From the human T2T-CHM13v2.0 reference genome, Homo sapiens: a DNA stretch of 64,000 nt. Every line of letters begins with the position of its first letter. Position 1 is the first letter of the stretch. The notes under the pieces are model-generated. The model saw only the letters and a program-made list of their open reading frames with translations. It did no database searches and was not told where the DNA came from. Position numbers and translations under genes: made by a program. The stretch lies in the NCBI RefSeq assembly GCF_009914755.1, contig NC_060933.1. The stretch is one strand, 5' to 3'. Below are positions 1 to 15,839 of the stretch, piece by piece.

Positions 1-619
1 TCACTGGTAGTAAGGAAGCAGGATTATTTTTTAACACTTTATCATCAGCCTGACTGATGATGGATTCCCAATATTGGTGGAAATGAACTGAATCCCTCTT
101 ATCTGTTTCCTAAGTGAAAGTCTATTTGAAAAATAAGGCCACTCTGTTTATGTGAAGCAGGGGATGAAGAGAGTAAGCAGGGAAGATCCTTAATCTGCAA
201 AGTTCTTTATCTTGCATTTTTTTTCCTCTCAAATGCCTTTGCAGAGAGATGGATTTTTTGGTAGCTATAAAGTTAGAAAAACACACTGTGAAATATTTAA
301 CATATAATCATTTTACACTATACAGTTCATCAATAAAAGCAGTAATGGAGAGTTGTGTAATAAATTAAATATGAATGTAGTTGGAAGTAACAGTGGTTCC
401 AGGCATCAGCTACATGTCCCATTAGAGCCAAGGCAGACAGCGTAATATTTGTTGAATAAACAGTTACTATTGACAAGCAGAAAAGGGGGAGGGCAAACAA
501 TCAAGAAATGTCATTTTGATTTTTTAAAAAGTAAAGAAAATATATTCATTTACCCTCTATTACGAATACATCAGAATTATGCTGATTTTCAATAAGACAA
601 ACACTTATTAAGGCAAAAA

Positions 620-701
620 TTAGGTTGAATCATCACGAACTACTATTTATATAGGTCAAAAATAGTTGGATATTTTGGAATGTTCACATGCTTTAACCTA
701 A
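620..701. mobile_element. MADE2-like Mariner MITE (degenerate ~80-bp palindromic element)
   Basis: TTAGGTTGAA at the left end and TTTAACCTAA at the right end form terminal inverted repeats; the internal TAGGTCAAAAA core matches recalled MADE2 consensus. Confidence 0.7.
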
Positions 702-779
702 AACTATGTATATAAAGCAGTGCTAGTCACTGCAATTTCAAAGATGAATATAGTCTTTATTATATTATTATATTCTATT

Positions 780-1060
780 TTATTCCCTTGAGAATGTGAA
801 CAGGCTTATCAAAATATTCATAATAAAATGAAAAAATACAAATTGATTAAAATAAGAGAATCTAAAACTTGTATGGAAATTCAAGATCAGGCAAGAACCC
901 TATGTTCTTACCAGTTATTAAAATGGATACAAAATATGACTCTGAGCATTCTAGCAGCCAAGACAAGGTAGAAGTAAAAAGAATACTGGTTTTGCACATA
1001 AGTAAAAAGCCTACAAAAAGAAGATTTATGGCACAGAGGTCTGAGTAACACATGGAAATG
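780..1060 (+). mobile_element. Highly decayed L1M ORF2 remnant
   Basis: A-rich strand with L1-like words (AAAATTGATTAAAA..AAAACTTGTATGGAAA); heavily diverged. Confidence 0.35.
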
Positions 1061-1489
1061 AGGGATAGATTGAATTAAAAAATACTTTTAGTACCAGGAC
1101 ATGAAATCATCTAGTAGCATTTTGTTGTTATTTTGGTTGTGGTGGTGTTTTTCATATTTATTTGTTTGTTCTTTTTTAATTTTCAGATGAGATACCAGAG
1201 AATGAGGATCAAATGTGAGGGTTTTAGAGGAAAAAATGTGGGGAAAGTATCATTTGATTGTACTCTCAAAAGTGTATTAAAAAGCCTGTGATACCTAAAG
1301 AACAACACCTAGAAACAGGAAAGCTAGAAAGTGGTAGGCTATTGTGAGAAAAAAAATTAGAAATGACCCAGAGATTTACACCTGCCCCTCACTAAAAGGA
1401 CTGGGGAGGAGACACGAGATCAGGCCAACAAGATAAGGAAATCAGCTCTGTGCTGGCCATTTTAAAAAGAAAATTGTATAAGGTAATGG

Positions 1490-1710
1490 TATTAACAAAT
1501 ATTGTATTTAGTATATGCCAGACACGATTCTGAGTACTTCACATACATTGACTCATTAAATTCTTACAATAACCTTTTGAGGTAGGAAATACATTCACAT
1601 TTTACAGATGAGGAAACTGAAGCATGAACAGTTACATAACTTTCCCAAGACCACCCAGCTAGCAAGTGCCAGACCTAGGTTTCAAAGCTGGCAGTTCAAA
1701 GCCTATGCTG
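1490..1710 (-). mobile_element. MIR SINE
   Basis: MIR core on the minus strand: CATTTTACAGATGAGGAAACTGAAGCA...GTTACATAACTTTCCCAAG. Confidence 0.85.
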
Positions 1711-1944
1711 TCAATGGCTGTGTCAGTGGTGATCTTGGGTAAGTTCTGCCTCTCTTGTATCTGCTATCTTTCATGTCTATAGGCCTTTAGGAGACTTACC
1801 AAAAAATTCAACATGTATTCAGTTGCACCCACAATGCACACATGTAGGCAACAAATGGTTTGTCAACTGGAAGAAGAGACATTCATATGACAAGGTGTTG
1901 TCAGAGAATGGCACAATAGAATACAACTCAAGGGATTGTGAAAT

Positions 1945-2175
1945 GTGGTGGTAAAAAGCAAGGGCTCTGAAGCTAGAGAGATGGTTTGACTCCTTGTAAT
2001 TTACTGCCAAGGAAACCTCCAAGATGTTTTCTAATCCCTCCTAGCTTCAATGATCTAAATCATTAAGCAGGGACAATAGTGTCAGTCTCACTGAGTTTGT
2101 GCATGGATTAAATGAGATATTGTATAAAAAGCATTTTTTTAGTACATTTTCTGGAAGACAGTAGCTCACAACAAA
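1945..2175 (+). mobile_element. MIR SINE (diverged)
   Basis: GGCTCTGAAGCTAGA..., GGATTAAATGAGATATTGTATAAAAAGCA resemble the MIR 5' and 3' parts. Confidence 0.6.
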
Positions 2176-3364
2176 GGGTACCAGTGGTGGGGTGTTGGTG
2201 GTGGGGATGACTAGGATACACAGACAAGAGGCACAAGCCCCCAAGCAAGGATTAATGACTCCCGTTACCTTAGCTGAAGTTCTGCTAATAGAGCAGAGAA
2301 TACCCAGATTGATCTAAATTGAGAGACTGCCGGGCTCAACTATTCATCAATGGGTAAAGACAGAGCACAGCAATGAGACCTCATTCACTATTTCAAGACA
2401 ACTCCCTTTTACAGGTTGAGAAAAAAAATCAACATAGCCCCTTTCAGGTTTGTCACTTTAGTTTTATGGATGTCTCCAAACCGTAGGGCATTGTAGCTGA
2501 AGGAGCCCACAGAATTTAACTAATCTAGCTCCTTCACTCTAGAGTACATGGAAACTGAGGCTTATAAATAAATGAATTGTTCAAAGTTCCAGGGCAACTC
2601 AAGGGAGACCTGGTCAGTGCTTCTCACTCTAGAGTTGTTTTTCGTGTTCGTTTGTTTGCTGCCCTAGCCTGTCCCATTGAGACAATCATTCTTTCATTGA
2701 TAATGATTAGGGGTGGCCTGTGATAAGCACTAGGAAAACAGAGATGAAAATCTGTGTGTGAGTGAGTGTCTGTGTGGTATATGTTTACTCATAGCTGAGA
2801 AAGACATATACCCCTCAGCAAACTGGGGAAGTAAAAAAGGATTGAACCAGAGAAGGTATAGAAATATTCACTAATTTTATAAGGATTGCAGTGAAGGGGC
2901 ACCTAATCTGTATGGCATTAGAAATGGTCAGGAAAGGCCTCGGGAAATAGTTGATGACAAAGCTAAGAAGAAAAGGTGTAACTAGGAGAAGAGGAACAGG
3001 ACATTGTTTCCAGAGAGGGATGCAAAAAGGAATGAAATCAGTCATTCCTTCATAGAAAGCATGGACCCCACAGTCAGAGAAGTCAGACACACTCAACTGC
3101 AAAGGCTGTCCAGATGCATTTTAATATAATACTGTCTGCCTTACTCCCAATCCTCTGCTCAAATAAGACTGCTATTAATTCAACCTTCAAGACAAAGAAT
3201 ACCAGACACGGGGAAGTCGAACAGGGAAGTTGAACAACCTTCCCATGTTGTGTAATAAGTACGAGACCTTAAATTCAAAACCTCGCATCCTGACTCCAGA
3301 TTCTGTGCACAGTCTTAACTACCTTAATTACCACGCAGCATGCTTCTCTGAAATCAAAACCACT

Positions 3365-4467
<1,103 letters not shown>

Positions 4468-5489
4468 TATGCAAATGCCTTGAAATTCCCAAGGGTCTCA
4501 GAGCTGCCAAAGTAAAAAACAGGACCCCATCTGCTCAATTTGGGAAAAGGAACATCTTGGGGGAAAAAAAGCAGAAAAAAGATTTTATAAATAGAGTTGT
4601 ATTTTTTATGTACATTCACTGTATATAACACAGCTCCTATTAGTGTATATCATCAAGTTTATGTGGAGTACAGATTTTTTCCAGCACTTTGATGACTGAG
4701 TACCTGCTGTGAGCTGCCCAGAGACAGTGTTTTTCTTGGGAGTTGAACTACACACAAGCTCAATAACTTGAAGTTCCCTTTGCCTAGAGTGGATAAAGGA
4801 CTTTTGAAATTCACTACCTTGCAGGCACCATCCTTCTCCCAGTGAAAAATAAATAATTAGCTCTGTCTTCTTGATCTGAAGCTCACATTTAGAGCTAGGG
4901 AGCAGACATTTTAATGAAGAAACTGAATGACATCAGTGCTATCCACCGGTAATTCTTGGTTTAGAGGGTATCCCAAAAGTCCAGTTAATTCCTCATCGTC
5001 AACGAAGACAAGTAACAGAGACGTATTCTTCAATTCAAGGAGAGTAATGTTGGTGTAGAGATTCTCTCCTCCCTGTTATGCCCAGTGCCTTTCTACAAAG
5101 CTGGTTTGTGTGCAAAGAGCTGGCCATCTGTTGTGTCTGGGGATGCAGTGCATATGTCTGAGCATAGAAGAAATTCAGACTCTCAGTTTTACAGAACTGA
5201 ATTCCAGAATTTTTTATGTCAGGAGCTTCCTGGAGCCAAGAAGTAAAGGAACAAATGTTTTCAGTGGACTGTTCTTTCAGTTTACATGTTAGGCTTGGAA
5301 TCCATAAACCCCTCTATTCCCAAACTGTGACTCAACTCTGCTCAAGTCCACACATTTTTATTAAGTGTATCATTTGGTTTTTACCCATCACCATAAGAAA
5401 CAGCACACACATAAACAAGCATGGGTATGCATGTAGACACATACACACTCACACACCCACCTCCCCTGCCCACACACACACGAACTCCA

Positions 5490-5715
5490 GCTTTCATTTG
5501 CTGTACAGGTTGTATATTCTAGGCACTGTGGTAAAATGTTTTTGTTCCTTACCTCTTAATACATACACCAACTCTGGGAGGAAGGTGTTTTTATTCCCAC
5601 TCTACCATAAAGAAACTGAGGCAAGCAGGGTTAAGAAACATACCCGAAATCACAGCACTAACCAAATCTATGGAATTACAATTTGAAACCAGATTTCCCT
5701 GACTTCAAAGCCTAT
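5490..5715 (-). mobile_element. MIR SINE
   Basis: AGAAACTGAGGCAAGCAGGGTTAAGAAAC...ATTTGAAACCAGATTTCCCTGACTTCAAAGCC. Confidence 0.75.
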
Positions 5716-7149
5716 AATCTAAAGTTTTGTCTTTTTATGAAACATGATATGTGTGTGTGTATGTGTATAGTACTATTAATATAAAATATATGAAATATGT
5801 AAGAGGTGAGAACATCAGCTTTTTGGGAATATATTGGTGTAGGGATTCATTGAAGTCTGAGCTCATAGACTCTCGGAATTACAAGGGACATCAGATGACC
5901 TTAAATTACCCTGCACACAAATATCTGCACTGGACAGTAATCAGAAAGGGTGATTCCAAGAGCCTATTTCAACTGTGGGATGTTATTATCTTAATTATTA
6001 CATGATATCAGTTGCTCCTTTTCAGATTACAGCATCTATACCTCCAGGGGTGTGCCAAGAATCAATGTTACAGGATAATAAGTATTCCAAAAGCTGTGTT
6101 AAAACAAAAAGAGACATATTGCTCAATTTAATGCAAAGTTTGCATGGGATGTTAACATAAAACAGGACTTTAAATCCATTTTGTACCTTTAGAATTCATT
6201 TCGAGCTACACTTCCTTAGATTCCTATGCATACATACTTAGGGCCTTGTGTCATAAAATTTTGTGGGAGAGGAGAAGTGATGAGCAAGCTCTCAAATATC
6301 ATCTGACTAAAATTATTTCACTATCATTTCTAATTCACAGAATGTGTTTCCATATTTTGAGTTGAGATCTGCCTTTCCTTCCATCTCTAAATATTGAAAG
6401 TCCCTCTGTTGTAAATGCCCAATCCTTTTACTAAACATAATTTTCAGAATAGGATATAATTCTCTCTTTGTCCAGCCAAAGTCTTGAAGCAGATTTTATC
6501 TGGGCAGTCAAGTGGTTCCTCAGTCATATTCAGATCATTTGACCAGTGCAACTCGCTACTCTGAACCATGTAGAATCCAAATTACACAACCTTCCTGGCA
6601 CAAAGCCAGCATTCCACCAGTTCTGTGACCCAGGGAAGGCCATTCCTTTTATGGTGCCCCAGTCTCCTTTTCTGGACAGCATGAAAAATGCAAACTGGTC
6701 ATATCTAATGTTGACTGTTCTAGTTGGTGAACAGAAGCCCAGAGCTATGACATTTTAGAGCACTTGACCTTGCCCTGGAAGTCAGTGTCCTACAGCATTC
6801 CTGCGCCTCTTTTAAAATAATATAGCATCTGCAATCTCTGAAATGAGCCAGGCCTCCAATTCCATTATATCTCCTGCAGGCTAATATTTTTTCTGTTTAA
6901 TTGTTGTGAGTAAATTTCAGAATTGAGCAACTATGTACGAGCAGCATCCTGAGTAGGATGAGGCACTGTTCTCTCCAATAAAGGATAAAGATCTAAACAA
7001 TAAGCTAGGGATGGTTATGCCGTAAAGAGTCACCTTTGACCTCCTAGAGAGTGTCATAATGCAACAAAAAAAGTTTCATAAGTGGGAGAAATCCATGTCC
7101 CAGGGCTTTAATACTCTCCACCATCACTAAGTAGCTTATCGACACCAGC

Positions 7150-7380
7150 CAGTCCTGGCTAAAGAAACTGCAAGGACAAACTCTCTCCTGGCATTCCAGC
7201 CTCTCCATTACCCAGTCCATTGCCCTTCCTAGTCTAGTCTCCTCCTGCATTCCAATGCTCCTTCCTGTTTCTTGAACATGCATTCATGCCTCAGCACATT
7301 TGCAGGGGCTGTTTTCTCTGCCTCAGATGCTCTCCCTCAGCTTGGCAAATTCCCTATTCATCCTTCCTGATCCAAATTAA
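7150..7380 (+). mobile_element. L2 fragment
   Basis: Pyrimidine-rich L2-type words (CCTGTTTCTTGAACATGC..GCCTCAGCACATTTGCA..CTCTGCCTCAGATGCTCTCCC). Confidence 0.6.
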
Positions 7381-7384
7381 TTAA

Positions 7385-7590
7385 GCTTGAGCTTTGGAGA
7401 CACATTGAGCTGGGTTTGAATTCTTACATTCTAATTGGTGTGTGACTCAGGTAAACTATCTCTGAATTTGTAAATTGAGTACAACAATAATTATGTTATA
7501 TAATTGCTGTGATTAGCACATTAAATGAAATTTTTGAAATTATTAGTAAAATGCTTATCACATAGTTGACACATGGTTATTTTTGTTATT
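7385..7590 (+). mobile_element. MIR SINE
   Basis: GAGCTTTGGAGACAC..CTGGGTTTGAATTCTT..GTGTGACTCAGG..ATTAAATGAAAT..CACATAGTTG. Confidence 0.65.
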
Positions 7591-7688
7591 TTAATAGCAT
7601 TTTTATTGAATTTGAAACAGTATCTATCTCACTCTTAATTCCTTATTCTTAATTATTATCCAATAATAACACTTCTAGTATTCTAAAC

Positions 7689-8065
<377 letters not shown>

Positions 8066-8128
8066 ACAGTTTGAACTCTGTTGTCAAATACCAGATTTTA
8101 TTCAACATAGAACGCTCAGCATCTAACT

Positions 8129-8346
8129 TAGGGGTGCAACTATAACACATGGCACAAAACTGGCCCTCTGCCTGTTTTTGAAAATAAAGTTTTATTGGAA
8201 CACAGTCATTCCCACTGGCTTATGCATTGTCTGTGGCTGCTTTTGCCCTGCAATGGCAGAACTGAGTAGTAGATGCAGAGACCATAGGCCTACAAAACCT
8301 AAAACATTTACTATCTGGCCCTTTCCAGAAAAAGTTGGCCAGCCTA
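8129..8346 (+). mobile_element. MER58A (hAT-Charlie), near full length
   Basis: CTGCCTGTTTTTGAAAATAAAGTTTTATTGGAACACAG...TTTACTATCTGGCCCTTTCCAGAAAAAGTTGGCC. Confidence 0.9.
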
Positions 8347-9007
8347 GCTCAATGATTATTGGCACATGTTTGTTAAATGAATGAAGAAATAGCCAGCATC
8401 AACAATCTGGTCTTAGGACATTGCAAGATTTGGTGAAAGGAGATGAAAGAAGCAGGGGTCTTACATCTAGGGAGATTCATAGAGGATAGAGAACCAGCAA
8501 CAATGGTCACGGAGTAAAAGATTGTGATCCTTGATCTTAGGGTAAAGAATATTTCCTTCTGGCTTCTGTTTTACGCTCCCTGCTAAATGGTGAGCAACCT
8601 GGCCATGGCCAGAAGAGGAAACTAAAGCCCAAAGAAGAGAAAAGTTTGCCCAAGCCCATATACGTGATGAAGCATTGAGTTGTTGACAGTCTGCAATTTT
8701 GATCCTTGCAGTCACACATGCACCTGACAGAGAGGAAGCCTGAAATGAAAAAATCACCCCCAAAATTGGATCATCACAACAGAACTTCTAATACCCTGAA
8801 ATGCTTATCTTTTATTTGCCCACCAGTATTTTTCTGACCTATAGTTTGAGATGATCACCTTAATAGTGTGCTTATTTTTGTAATGACTATTCATAAAAAT
8901 TTAAAAACACATTACGGCATTTCACAGATGAGCAAGGCTATGACTGATGATGCATAAAATTCCCATTCAACCACATTTGGCCAACATTACTCTCTACCCT
9001 GAACCCC

Positions 9008-9369
9008 TGTATTAGTCTGTTCTCATGCTGCTAATAAAGACATACCTGAGACTGGGTAGTTTATAAAGGAAAGAGGTTTAATTGACTCACTGTTCACAAT
9101 GCTGGGGAGGTCTCACAATCATGGTGGAAGGCAAAAGAAAAGCAAAGGCACATCTTACCTGGTGGCAGGCAAGAGAGCTTGTGCAGAAGAGCTTCTGTTT
9201 ATAAAACCATCAGATCTCGTGAGACTTACTCACTACGATGAGAACAATATGGGGGAAACTTCCTCCATGATTCAGTTACCTCCCACCAGTTTTCTCCCAC
9301 AACACATGGGGATTATGGGAACTACAATATAAGATGAGATTTGGGTGGGGACACAACCAAACCATATCA
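9008..9369 (-). mobile_element. THE1 (THE1C/D-like) MaLR solo LTR with 5-bp TSD
   Basis: TGTATTAGTCTGTTCTCATGCTGCTAATAAAGACATACC...GGGGACACAACCAAACCATATCA; TG...CA ends; TSD ACCCC at 9003-9007 and 9370-9374. Confidence 0.93.
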
Positions 9370-11500
9370 ACCCCCTTTATAAGGCCCATCCCTCTAGACT
9401 AAGATATTTGTGATGTTTCTTTTTAGAATGATTTTATTTTATGTCCCATGTTTAGCCTCCAGTATCACCAGAATACTTTGAGGTAGCCACAGATAGAGAC
9501 TTACATGTTCATGGCTAGTTACTGAATTTGTATGGAACTACTTTTACTCAAAGATGAACTATTTTTCACTTTTGCATTGTCCAGCTGCTTCCTTGACTAT
9601 CCCCTACATCATTCATAAATAACCATCTCTCATAGTCAACCAGAGATTTCATCTCTTAAAGATGCCCCCAAAATGTAAGACATTAGCAGTTGAATTGAAG
9701 CTGGAGGAAAAAAAAACATGCGTTTATACAGCAATTTCCATTGCAGGCATGTATGGTCTATGTATCAATTCCAAATTTGTTTCCTGAGACAAATGCAATG
9801 TATTCATAGTAAAATGTCCTTCTAAGATCAGATAATTGACTACTGGTCTTGAAGGTCTCTGGTCCACTGCTTCCTAAGCTTTCTTCCTGCCATGTACACT
9901 TCCATCTAATGCATTAGGTCCCTCAAATCACCTCAACATGTTTCTTAACCTTGAAAAAAACATTTCCAGCAAGGGAGAATTCAGCCTCTCTGAATTTTTC
10001 GTAATCAACTGCTGAAGTCTGATCATAAGGAATTTCTACCTATAGTTGATAATCTTTAACTTTCATCCAGGGGCACTTTTCCTAACTTCTGTGGCCAAAT
10101 GAAGCAAGTCTTCTACCTTTAGGATATAAAATGCCTTCAAAGAGTTGAGAATGAGAATCATGCCTCTCCCTGGAACGTCTCTCTCTTCAATTTCAACATC
10201 CCCAGTCCAACCAATAATTCTAGTAGGTTTGAAGTTCCCAGCCACCTTTTCTGGGCATTATCCTACTCATCAGTACTCACTAAGAAGACAAGTATTTTAC
10301 TCCATTTATCAGTTGTTATATTTGGCAATAATTGGATTTGTTTGCATAAATGAAAGGAACAATACACATGTATTTATTCTTTTCCTCGAATCATTTGCTT
10401 TAGATTCTAGATCGTGGAGTCTAGAATCAGGAGGACTTTAATAAAATTATAACTCTCTTTTTTCACCTTTTGTATCTCCTCTATCTTTATTTTCTCCAAC
10501 TTTCCTCATTTTTATAAACAACAATAAAATAGTTATGCCTAAAAGAAATAGAATGACTTGCGTGAGTTAATGCTGTGAAGTAACATAGCCTTGAATGAAT
10601 TTAAAGCAAAGAAAATAACATCAATGTAGAGCCACTATGTGCTAAGTGCTTTGACCATGTTTTCTCATGCAGTCTTTACAGTAGCTCCCTGAGACTAGAT
10701 GCTTTCATTTCTATTTAACAGATGGTAGAACTGAGGCTAGGAGGAAGAAAGACCTCGCGGATGCTATGTGGAAGTGAGCCCAGATCTTAAAGATTTTCCG
10801 GAAGACAATCTTGCTCTTCAACTGAGAATCCTATTTAAATCGTAACCCTTGCAACCTTAGGCCAGTGAGGCTGCTTCTGTCTGAGAGAAGTAATTATTCA
10901 TCAACTTCCATAATTACAAAATCTTAGAGCAGGCAAAGACCATATGGAGGTTGTTGAGTCCAACTTGATTACTCAGAAGAAAAATAGACACTAATGTTGG
11001 GTTTCTGCAAAACCCAGTTTCCTTTCTACTTTAATATCTAGCATTCTATATTTGTGAAGTTAATATCTTAGATTAAGAAAAAATTCATCCTTGCACTCAC
11101 CCGAACACATAGCCTCACCTTATGACATCATAGTCACCATAGCAACACCCGTGAGTTGGCAGCATATTGCCTTCAGTGAGGGATCATGGCAATGAGTTAA
11201 CAAAGGATGGCAGCTTCAGATGTTGATGTGAACAGGAAGGGAAGAAGTGGAAAAGGAGGAACAGGTGTGCTGCTTTTTCTGCCAACATTCCTTAGGCCTG
11301 AGATGAAGTGGGAGTGAACATGTGAATAATCCTTAAGGAACAGAAATAAGTCTCCTAATCGCCTAGCCAATAAAATGAGAAGAGGGGAAGCAGGACAGAA
11401 GAGAAAGTGAAAGCATTCTGGTGTCCTGTTTCCAAATATCAGGGTTGAACGTTCTTTAGTCTTTCTTTGCCCTTTACTCAGAGCAGTGTGCCATTTCTGA

Positions 11501-11936
<436 letters not shown>

Positions 11937-12037
11937 TGAGATTGTGAAGATCAAACAATGCAAGTAAGGTATCTGATAGAAGGCTCTCAGTTTTCCTCTT
12001 TCCTTTTTCTAAGTGATTGAAATTTAGAATTATGAAA

Positions 12038-12414
12038 TGTCTTTGTTTGGGCTGCTATAACAAAATATTGGAGGCTGGTAGCTTATAAATGACAAAAAAT
12101 CATTTTTCATAATCCTGGAGGCTGAGAAGTCCATGCTCAAGCCACCAGCAGATTCAGTATCTGGTGAGAACATGTTTCCTCATACATGAGGCCTTTAAGC
12201 TGTGTCCTCATGTAGGTGGCAGGTTAGGCGAGCTCTCTGGGGCCTCTTTTATAAGGGCAGTAATCCTGTTCATGAGGACTCTCTACCTTCATAATCTAAT
12301 CACCTCGCAAAGACTCCACCTCCTAATTCTTACTCCACCTCCTAATCCTATTGCCTTTGGTGTTGAGATTTCAACATATGAATTTCAGGAGGACGTGAAT
12401 ATACAGATTATAGC
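12038..12414 (-). mobile_element. MLT1A-type MaLR solo LTR
   Basis: TTTGGGCTGCTATAACAAAATA..CTGGAGGCTGAGAAGTCC..GCAGATTCAGTATCTGGTGAG..TTTCAACATATGAATTT. Contains an internal 15-bp repeat (ACTCCACCTCCTAAT x2). Confidence 0.85.
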
Positions 12415-15363
12415 CCAAATTATGGCAGTCAGTGATGAATGGCCATTTCAAGTATCATGTTCCATGCATTTCTACATGTTTGAGCTATTCCGCAATTATT
12501 TAATTTCTAAACAAAAATGTTTAATTTGCTTAAAATGGATGTAATAGATACATTTCTCAATGAATTTGATCAACCTTCTACTTATCTGAACCTTAAAATT
12601 GTATAAAGAGAAAAATAGATTTTATGTTCTGTTATTACTTTCCTTCTTATATTACACTTTAATGGAACTTAGTTGTTGGACATGTCTTTCTACACCCATA
12701 CATCTATCCATCACTGTAACTGCAACCTCAAAATTATTTATTTATTTCTATTCTTCTGCTTAATCAATGTCTTTCACTTCAGTGAAAACTTCAGTGAGGA
12801 GGTTTTGCGTTTGTTTGGCTTATCATTGTATCTCCAGGTTCTAGCACAGTACCTTACATAAAGAAGGTGCTCGATATAAACATTTGTTGAACAAACAGAA
12901 GTTTAGCAGACATCTTGATACGACATAAGTATTCAAAATGTCAGCAGAATATTATTGAATACCTCTATGAGTCTACTCACTAAAATAATTAAGTGTGCCA
13001 TTAATATATATCAGACTTTGTATAGATTTCTACTTTGCCTTTTATCCCTTTATGTTAAGCTACATGTTTCCTTTATGTGTCTCTTTTTCTCTAAATATAC
13101 ACATGTCATTAGCTTTTTACCTCTGCCTTAGAAAAAAGTCTCCCTCCCTCTCTTCTACGCTAGGTCTTCGTTTCACTGCTCCCTGGTCTTAAAAGTTTTT
13201 TCCATGGGACTCTCCTGCCAACATAATTCTGTGTGAGTTACGTTCGTTTGCAAAACCTTTCAGCATATGAAGATGTTCTATTTAATTAGTAAAAGCTCAA
13301 AATTTTTTTCTGTCCTCAGTGGAGCATCATATATCACCAAGTCTGGAGAGTCATTAGCTGTGATATTAATCAGGATGGGAGCAAAAGCAGAATAAAACCC
13401 CAGACCTCAGTAAACCTTGCCGTGTCTCAGGCTCAGCTGCAACTACCCTGCAGGATCAAGCCCTCTGAGGATCCCTTGAATCATTTCCACCCTAAGGGGC
13501 ACAGTGAAGAAGGCTGTTATTCACCATGGCAGATAGTGTGTTACTGCTGCTCAGGGACACAGCAGGGGGACAGGGGAACTGAGGGCTGAATATCTTGAAC
13601 ACGAAATATCCCACTTGGGAGCTCCCGTGCCTGTGTTGAGGGAAAGTGTTTATTTCCTAGAGCCTCTTTCAGTTTAGGCAGAAGGTGACTGCTTCTACTC
13701 TTGGGAGATAAAAAGGAGAGTTTGTTTTCACATGTATGCCCTGCCTAATAATCCTTAGGAAATGCTGATTTCATCTTATGATATGATTAGGAACAAAATA
13801 GGGAAGCAAAATGTATGTAAGCTCCCTAGAGATGTTTGATCTCTGTATAAATTATGCTAATTGGTAATTCCCTGGGTCTTCATGCTCTCTGGGACTCAGT
13901 TTCCAGTTGAGTAAAATGGGAAAAATGATGTCCATTCTGTTTCCCTTGCTGAGTTGTGAGAGAAAAGTAAAATTAATGTTCAGATGTTAAAATGACCCCT
14001 TACGTTTGTTTTATTAAGATTTGCAAAAGTAACTTTGTCAAATACTAAATCGTGTATTGGGATAAAATCAAAACAAAACATGTGACCATGAATCACACAC
14101 ATTGTGTCCACTATGTGGATATGAGTGAGAGGCAGCTGTCATGTAGCAAAAAGAATGCAGCTCGTAGCACATCTCCACCATTCCTGACTTCTGTGACCTC
14201 AGGTCTGTCTATGAACTTCAATTACCACATCAGTAAAATGAAGACAGTAAAAGTCACCTATCAGGGTTGATATAAGAACAGAATAATTTTATCAACTTAT
14301 ACCTGCCTTTATTTTGTCTGAAAATATCAGCTTAACATTATTTTCTTGGTTGCCTCAATGTAGCTGTATAATCTTTACAGAATGGCTATGGTCTGGCATT
14401 CCGCTCTTCTCTTTCATTATTATTTTCTCTCCTGATATCTTTACATTAGTTTCTTCCTCTAGAATCCATCATGCAGGCAGCCTTTAGTAAGCGTCACATG
14501 CTACCTAAAGTGGTTTGCGTATGTTACCTTATTTACACACCTAAAGTAGCCTGTCAAAGTTAGGCATTATCTTTATTACATCAAGAGGAGGTGAAGAGTT
14601 CCTGGTAGTTACTCAGTTACTGAGCAGGAGACCAGGATCCAAACCTGTACTCTTCTGTCCCTGCAGCTGGAGCTCATTTCTTTTTATCCCATTGCTTCCC
14701 AACAAGCTTTCTCTAGGAGCTATAGAAAGCTGCACATCCCCCTGTTGGTATGACATGGGTTCCATGCTCAGGTATAAGGAATATAAGGAATTGGCAAGCT
14801 CAAGGTCAGGTTGGATTTCCAGGCAGCGGCTGATATGTGAGCGTTTCTGTCTTGTTCTTTCAGATGTGACACAATGCACAGCCAAGCAGGTGATCTGGCC
14901 CTGACAACTGGTAAACTATAATAATCCTAATACTTTGCATCAATACAGCACCTTTCATCTCAGGCATCTGGGGGCTCAGAAGACATTAATTAAACTTCAC
15001 AGCATCCTAATTCCTGGAGGTCAGGACTGTACCAATTTTAGAGAGAGATAAACTGATATAATAATGACTCTCATAAAGCAGAAAATCAAGACGGATCATT
15101 TGGCAGATGATAGAAGCCTAGCTTCTGGGTCGACTGAAACAATCATTAGATAAAATTGTGTGTCACTGAAAGCACCTGCTGTGAAGTCAGTAGACCTAAG
15201 TTTTTGGACTGACCTTTCCATTTTTTGAGTGAATAGAATCAAGTCACTTTTTCTTTCTCGTTCTTCATGCATTCATCAGTAAAACAAAGGAGCTGCTAAT
15301 CACTGCCTTTACCTAGAAGCATCCACTCTCATGCTGACATGGCCCTTAGGAATCATCTGCCTA

Positions 15364-15577
15364 CAGTTCTCTGAACACTGCTTCATGGGCATGTGTCACT
15401 AGGATGTTTCAGAATCATGAGGGATGGGGAATGGAAGAGAATGTTTGTTTAAAAATGTGGATTCCCAGGGGCCCATCCTAGTGATTCTAATTTAGTGGGT
15501 CTGAGATGGGACTCTGAAATACAAAGTTTTTAAACACTTCCCAGATCATTCTGATGTAATCAGTTTGGGACCCACAG
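15364..15577. mobile_element. MER5-type hAT-Charlie MITE
   Basis: CAGAATCA..TTAAAAATGTGGATTCCCAGGGGCCCATCC..GATTCTAATTTAGTGGGTCTGAGATGGG..ATTCTGATG..AGTTTGGGACCCAC. Confidence 0.75.
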
Positions 15578-15839
15578 CGGGTCAAGCTCTGTTCTGATCT
15601 TTGCCTTTTTACAGGTTATAGGGAGCTTTTCAACATCTGCCCCTTCTGCCTCTACCCCACTCCTTCCCCCCACCCCAGGTATCGCCCCAGATTTCTCCTT
15701 AAAATGTGTGTCATCCACTTGTTCTCCATAGCAGTTGAAAAAATAATTTCTGTGTTAAGTAGATCATGATCAATCCACTTATCTTGATATTGCAAAATGT
15801 TTCCAAAAGAAATTTTAATTCTATAATAATAGATCTTCA

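Noticed and set aside
10403-10428. GATTCTAGA-N8-TCTAGAATC hairpin
   Set aside because: Isolated 9-bp arms built on the self-complementary TCTAGA are expected by chance in 64 kb.
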